The translations under genes were made by a program, and so were the position numbers. From an uncultured virus (IMG/VR IMGVR_UViG_3300035698_019702) (lineage: Duplodnaviria; Heunggongvirae; Uroviricota; Caudoviricetes): a stretch of DNA of 64,000 nucleotides. Positions 60,209 to 64,000 of this stretch are shown here, piece by piece. The notes below the pieces were generated by a model. The model was not told the DNA's origin. It saw only the letters and a list, made by a program, of their open reading frames with translations, and made no database searches. The stretch is from the IMG/VR virus record IMGVR_UViG_3300035698_019702; one strand, written 5' to 3'. Position 1 is the first letter of the stretch, and each line of letters opens with the position of its first letter.

Positions 60209-62695
60209 TCTCATGCGGCGGGAATCGTAATATCACCTGTTCCGCTTGAGCAAATATGTCCACTGCATATTACTCACGGTGCGGCTGATGAGCAGGATCG
60301 ATCTAAGAAGACAGTGGCAACTCAATACTCAATGGAAGATGTCGAGTCTCTTGGTTTGATTAAATTCGACGTGTTGGGTTTGTCTACCAAGACTGCTTTA
60401 GCATTAGCCGTGAAACTGATTAAAGAAAATCATGGGGTTGATGTTGATTTATCTCGTTTGCCTTTGAAAGACAAGCAGACGCTGACACTTCTTACCAAAG
60501 GTGATACGGATGGATGTTTCCAGGCCGAAAAGACCGGAATGAAACAAGCCTTTCGGCAGATCGGCATTGACTCTTTCGATGATTTGATTATCGCAATTGC
60601 GATGTACAGACCTGGTCCGAAAGACTATATCCCTGAACTGTCAAATCGTAAAAAGCAGCCAAGTTCAGTAAAATACGTTCATCCAGTTATTGAGAAGTTT
60701 ACTAAACGTACTCAGGGAATTATCGCGTATCAAGAACAAGCGATGCAGATTTTTGTAGCATTGGCGAACTTGACTGCATCAGACGGATATATGTTTATTA
60801 AAGGCTCAGCAAAGAAGAAACCTGAGTTGTTCCAGTCAATGAAGGATCGTTTTATTAAGGGTGCTACCCTTAAGGCAAATAAAAAAGTGGCTGAAGAGGT
60901 TTGGAGTCAGATGGAACCGTTCCAGGGTTACGCGTTCAACAAAAGTTTACACTTTTCTGAAAAAGTTGCAACCTCGGAAAAGGACATTTCTATCCAAGAG
61001 TTGTATAATAGAAAGAGAAGAGGAGACAATTTGCCTTGTGTTTATTCGCCTGAAGGTGAGCTGCTTAAGATTGTGGATGTTTATGATCATGGTGTAATAC
61101 CAGTCTGGGAAGTTCGGTTTAGTGATGGTAGTAAGCATAAGTGTACTTTAAATCATAAGTTTATGACTGATCACGGTGTGTTTCCTCTTCACAAGATTGT
61201 AGAATACAATCTTTTTGTTGTACAAAATTGGAGAACAGGAAATGCCAAGAAGGAAGGATTGGATTTGTCAGGGATGTCGGAAAGTCCTCTTGACTCGAAG
61301 AGAATACGAACTTCACAAGAGAGAATGCGAAAAGTACAGCTTAAGCAAAAAGAATTTTGTTTGTCTAGGCTGCAACCAGAAATTCACCAAAAGAGGTCTT
61401 TGCACTCACAAGAAGAAATGTCAGCAATGGCGAAATTTGAAATCACAACATTATTCGGAATCAAATGGAAAAACGTCAAGAAAATTTTGGAAAGAAATCA
61501 AAAACGATTCAGAGAAGTTATCTCAGTACAAAGAAAAGATGTCAAAAGCAGTCTCATCAGTAATTCTATCCAACGAAAAAGAAATTCGACTCAAGACATC
61601 TTCTCGATTAGATATTCAGCAAGCAAGGGCAAAAGTTTTGGCAAAGTGGAGAGAAGACAATCCGAAACTTTTCCAAAATATCGTCAAAAAACTAATGGAA
61701 CAGAATGTTTGGCATTCTCAGGCCGAGAGATTTCTGAGGCCACTTTTAGAACAAATCGGTTTCAAATTCAATCAGTCGGTTTTCAGCAAAGAGTTCAGCA
61801 CGAAAACCCACCGTCGTCAAATAGATTTTTTGGACAGAGATCGAAAGGTAATTGTGGAATACGATGGGGGTCATCACTTCAGAGATGGCTGGGGGAAAGA
61901 TTGGAAAGACCAACATCGGAAAGATTTGGAATTAGATTTTGTTATGACTCGGAAGGGATATCTTATGATCAGGATATCTTGCGATACATGGATATCGGGC
62001 AAGAAGAGAAGATTCAAAATCAGACCGCTAGAGCAACTTCTGCTAACTGCTGCTTATTGTTTGGATCGAGGTATTGTGAAAAGAATTGGCAAAAGGTACG
62101 AATCACAGGAATACAATACGTTGGGTTAGAGCAATGTTACGATCTTGAGGTTGACAGTGATGATCATCTCTATTGTTTGTCATCGGGCATTGTAAGCTCA
62201 AATTCCCATGCGACTAGCTATGCTTATGAATGTTGGAAAACAGCATATCTCAAAGCCTATTACATGCTTGAATTTATGTCAGCACGTATGTCTGTAGAAG
62301 CTTTGCGTCGAGATTTTGAGTTTGTACAAAAGTGCGAGGAAGATTTACAGAGACATGGTTATAAGATTTTATCTCCTGATATAAATAGATCAAAGTTGCA
62401 CTATGTGAAAGTTGGGGAGACGGAGTTGCTTCGTCCGCTCATTATCAAGGATGTAGGTGAGAAGGCTGCTCATGAAATTATTGAGAATCAACCTTATAAG
62501 GGACATGATTTGATGTATGCTTTTGCTAGCAAAGTTAGTTCGATTGTCAATAGTAAAGTAGTAGAGGCACTATGTGATGCAAAGCTATTTGGTACAGAAA
62601 AGAAGAAGTCCCAGTTGCTTCGAGACTTTGACACCATTAAGGTGGATCGTAAACGAAGTTGTGGGCGTCAAAAGGGCAATTTGTTCGCCACTTGA
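60077..62695 (+). CDS. dnaE: DNA polymerase III alpha, C-terminal part, preceded by the split C-intein and containing a second intein
   Basis: VHN|SHAAGIVI, IKFDVLGL, AMYRPGP, IIAYQEQ, GYAFNK|...|SHATSY, PDINRS. GGAGAG SD at 60066-60071. Confidence 0.93.
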   Translation: MKCYTIESIEECGEEEAWDITMTGDDSFYQNEPNFIAQDILVHNSHAAGIVISPVPLEQICPLHITHGAADEQDRSKKTVATQYSMEDVESLGLIKFDVLGLSTKTALALAVKLIKENHGVDVDLSRLPLKDKQTLTLLTKGDTDGCFQAEKTGMKQAFRQIGIDSFDDLIIAIAMYRPGPKDYIPELSNRKKQPSSVKYVHPVIEKFTKRTQGIIAYQEQAMQIFVALANLTASDGYMFIKGSAKKKPELFQSMKDRFIKGATLKANKKVAEEVWSQMEPFQGYAFNKSLHFSEKVATSEKDISIQELYNRKRRGDNLPCVYSPEGELLKIVDVYDHGVIPVWEVRFSDGSKHKCTLNHKFMTDHGVFPLHKIVEYNLFVVQNWRTGNAKKEGLDLSGMSESPLDSKRIRTSQERMRKVQLKQKEFCLSRLQPEIHQKRSLHSQEEMSAMAKFEITTLFGIKWKNVKKILERNQKRFREVISVQRKDVKSSLISNSIQRKRNSTQDIFSIRYSASKGKSFGKVERRQSETFPKYRQKTNGTECLAFSGREISEATFRTNRFQIQSVGFQQRVQHENPPSSNRFFGQRSKGNCGIRWGSSLQRWLGERLERPTSERFGIRFCYDSEGISYDQDILRYMDIGQEEKIQNQTARATSANCCLLFGSRYCEKNWQKVRITGIQYVGLEQCYDLEVDSDDHLYCLSSGIVSSNSHATSYAYECWKTAYLKAYYMLEFMSARMSVEALRRDFEFVQKCEEDLQRHGYKILSPDINRSKLHYVKVGETELLRPLIIKDVGEKAAHEIIENQPYKGHDLMYAFASKVSSIVNSKVVEALCDAKLFGTEKKKSQLLRDFDTIKVDRKRSCGRQKGNLFAT
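60944..62203 (+). mobile_element. Cis intein (420 aa, Ser1...Ser-Asn) hosting an out-of-frame endonuclease gene
   Basis: FNK|SLHFSEKV...KCTLNHKFMT...[about 285 aa non-conserved-looking]...CYDLEVDSDDHLYCLSSGIVSSN|SHA. Confidence 0.88.
61242..62129 (+). CDS. Zn-finger + Vsr/DUF559-like endonuclease overprinted in the +1 frame inside the DnaE intein (295 aa)
   Basis: GGAGA SD at 61230-61234, ATG 61242. CxxC-x12-H-x3-C twice. SQAE...QIDF...VIVEYDGGHHF...RKDLELD...GYLMIRI. Confidence 0.82.
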   Translation: MPRRKDWICQGCRKVLLTRREYELHKRECEKYSLSKKNFVCLGCNQKFTKRGLCTHKKKCQQWRNLKSQHYSESNGKTSRKFWKEIKNDSEKLSQYKEKMSKAVSSVILSNEKEIRLKTSSRLDIQQARAKVLAKWREDNPKLFQNIVKKLMEQNVWHSQAERFLRPLLEQIGFKFNQSVFSKEFSTKTHRRQIDFLDRDRKVIVEYDGGHHFRDGWGKDWKDQHRKDLELDFVMTRKGYLMIRISCDTWISGKKRRFKIRPLEQLLLTAAYCLDRGIVKRIGKRYESQEYNTLG

Positions 62696-62783
62696 TCTGT
62701 GTGCAAAATATTTTCAGATTTCTACTCAATCTCGCCGAATCTGTTGTATAATTAAAGTGATGTTTTTGATATAGGAGTATTTG

Positions 62784-63134
62784 ATGGCTAATGGGAAGTT
62801 ACAGGCTGAAATAGACACGTCTACTAAGTCACATCGTAAAGGTCGATTACAAATAGGTTTACAGCGAACTCTTTCAACTGAGAAATATCAATCTCTAGTT
62901 ATTAACTATCACATTGACGAGGAAATTGAATGGCAGACACTTTCTGAGCGTGAAAAGAAAGTAATGAACTGGCAGACGGTACTTACGAGGGAATTCCAGC
63001 AAATTCATGATCGAGTGCTTGATGAACTCAAGTTATCCCACAAGAAGGCATACTTCGTTGACAACCTGGATAAAGATGATCGACCAGAGCCAGGACAAGG
63101 CTTAGACAACTTAGACAACTTAGATACTCTATGA
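62784..63134 (+). CDS. Hypothetical protein
   Basis: AGGAG SD; TATAAT at 62747-62752 upstream. Confidence 0.6.
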   Translation: MANGKLQAEIDTSTKSHRKGRLQIGLQRTLSTEKYQSLVINYHIDEEIEWQTLSEREKKVMNWQTVLTREFQQIHDRVLDELKLSHKKAYFVDNLDKDDRPEPGQGLDNLDNLDTL

Positions 63135-63207
63135 ACTACTCAATATACAGTGTTTTCCAACAAAATTAAAACTTCTTTCGTAAATAAGAAATAAATAGGG
63201 CAAAGTC

Positions 63208-64000
63208 ATGGATGCTGCGGCGATGGCGAAGTTATTTGATGTGATCGAGGTTAAAGAGGTAGTTGATGCTTCCGATGCTTCCGATCGGTCTTTTGATGAA
63301 CGTTGTGAAGATGTTAAAGATATGATGATAGAGGAAGAAGTGACTAAGAAACTTGATTCTGATTCTGGGAATGAGCATCGTGAAATTATTGCAGCGGCCC
63401 TTGAAGAAGCGGAAAGCAGTTCCTCACCATCTCAAGAGGTTGAGGTTGAGGTTGATACTGAGTCTCAGGACTCACTTTTAGTCGAGGGTGGCGAGCAATA
63501 TGAGAGTGAAGTATCGCGGGATATGGCAGAGTTTGAGTTTAAGGATGGTGAGGAGGATCAGAAGGGTGTAAAGACAGAAGATGGGGATAACCTTCCTTTG
63601 ATTTCTGATCCTCTAGATATAGTTGAAGAAGATGAAGTTTTTACCAAAGACAGCGGAGATAATCCTTTAGGGCTGCGGGGTTATGAGTTGCAATTTTACA
63701 GAGAATGTCTTAAAAAGTATCCGCAATTCACTCTTTATGATGGCAGCGTAAGCTTTAAGGAATTCTATCGTTACAAAGTGCATATGCTCAATATGGTTCT
63801 TACGAAATATCCTGTCTTAGATACTGCTGATATCCGTGATGAGATAGCCAAGTTAAATACAGACCACTTTCTTGGAGAGAAAACGGTCATCACTCCAAAT
63901 GTGATTCGTTACAAAATAGATGAATCGTACAAATGGAGAGCTCGACTTAGTGCAATTATACTCCGAGTCATTCCACAATTTTATATTTGGGAGCGATGGG
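63208..64000 (+). CDS. 3'-truncated hypothetical protein with long acidic N-terminal region
   Basis: My translation from ATG 63208 (MDAAAMAKLFDVIEV...) has no stop to the window end. Absent from the ORF track. Confidence 0.75.
   Translation, partial: MDAAAMAKLFDVIEVKEVVDASDASDRSFDERCEDVKDMMIEEEVTKKLDSDSGNEHREIIAAALEEAESSSSPSQEVEVEVDTESQDSLLVEGGEQYESEVSRDMAEFEFKDGEEDQKGVKTEDGDNLPLISDPLDIVEEDEVFTKDSGDNPLGLRGYELQFYRECLKKYPQFTLYDGSVSFKEFYRYKVHMLNMVLTKYPVLDTADIRDEIAKLNTDHFLGEKTVITPNVIRYKIDESYKWRARLSAIILRVIPQFYIWERW

Noticed and set aside
1600..61138. Many short minus-strand and nested ORFs in the track (e.g. 14009-14542, 56157-56555, 41865-42068)
   Set aside because: They shadow long plus-strand genes or the structured region and show no recognisable motifs.
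61200..62130. Two compensating sequencing frameshifts in an ordinary in-frame intein endonuclease
   Set aside because: This would not explain about 290 stop-free codons in the other frame or the dedicated SD and ATG. A read check is still advised.
63101..63127. Tandem 9-nt repeat CTTAGACAA
   Set aside because: Short coding repeat (LDN-LDN-LDT); not CRISPR-like or iteron-like.
1..64000. CRISPR arrays, tRNA or rRNA genes, transposases, integrases, reverse transcriptase/DGR
   Set aside because: None recognised by eye. tRNAscan and repeat searches were not run.

Overview
A gene-dense, entirely plus-strand, AT-rich segment that looks like a large (jumbo-type) bacteriophage genome; this is inferred from gene content, since no capsid or terminase gene is in the window. 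1-29.1 kb holds five putative virion/tail/adhesion genes, three of them giant (about 2,550-3,170 aa), built from Ig/FN3, LamG-like, beta-propeller/Kelch, PA14 and vWA modules. 29.2-35 kb holds three glycosyltransferases, a lone GroES and an intein-bearing metallophosphoesterase. 37-64 kb is a DNA metabolism region: SF2 helicase, four DNA methyltransferases with a PD-(D/E)xK nuclease, IF-3, Ycf46-like AAA ATPase, DnaC-like loader, DnaB, a stand-alone primase Zn finger, family-4 UDG and DnaE. Six inteins are visible. The most unusual locus is dnaE. It is split into two genes by a trans-splicing intein, with an unrelated 105-aa gene with no nuclease motif in the gap. Its second intein carries a complete Zn-finger/Vsr-DUF559-like endonuclease gene overprinted in the +1 frame, while the intein frame stays open throughout. 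A roughly 450-nt, highly structured non-coding region (41.7-42.2 kb) is a candidate large ncRNA. All calls come from reading motifs by eye; no searches were run.
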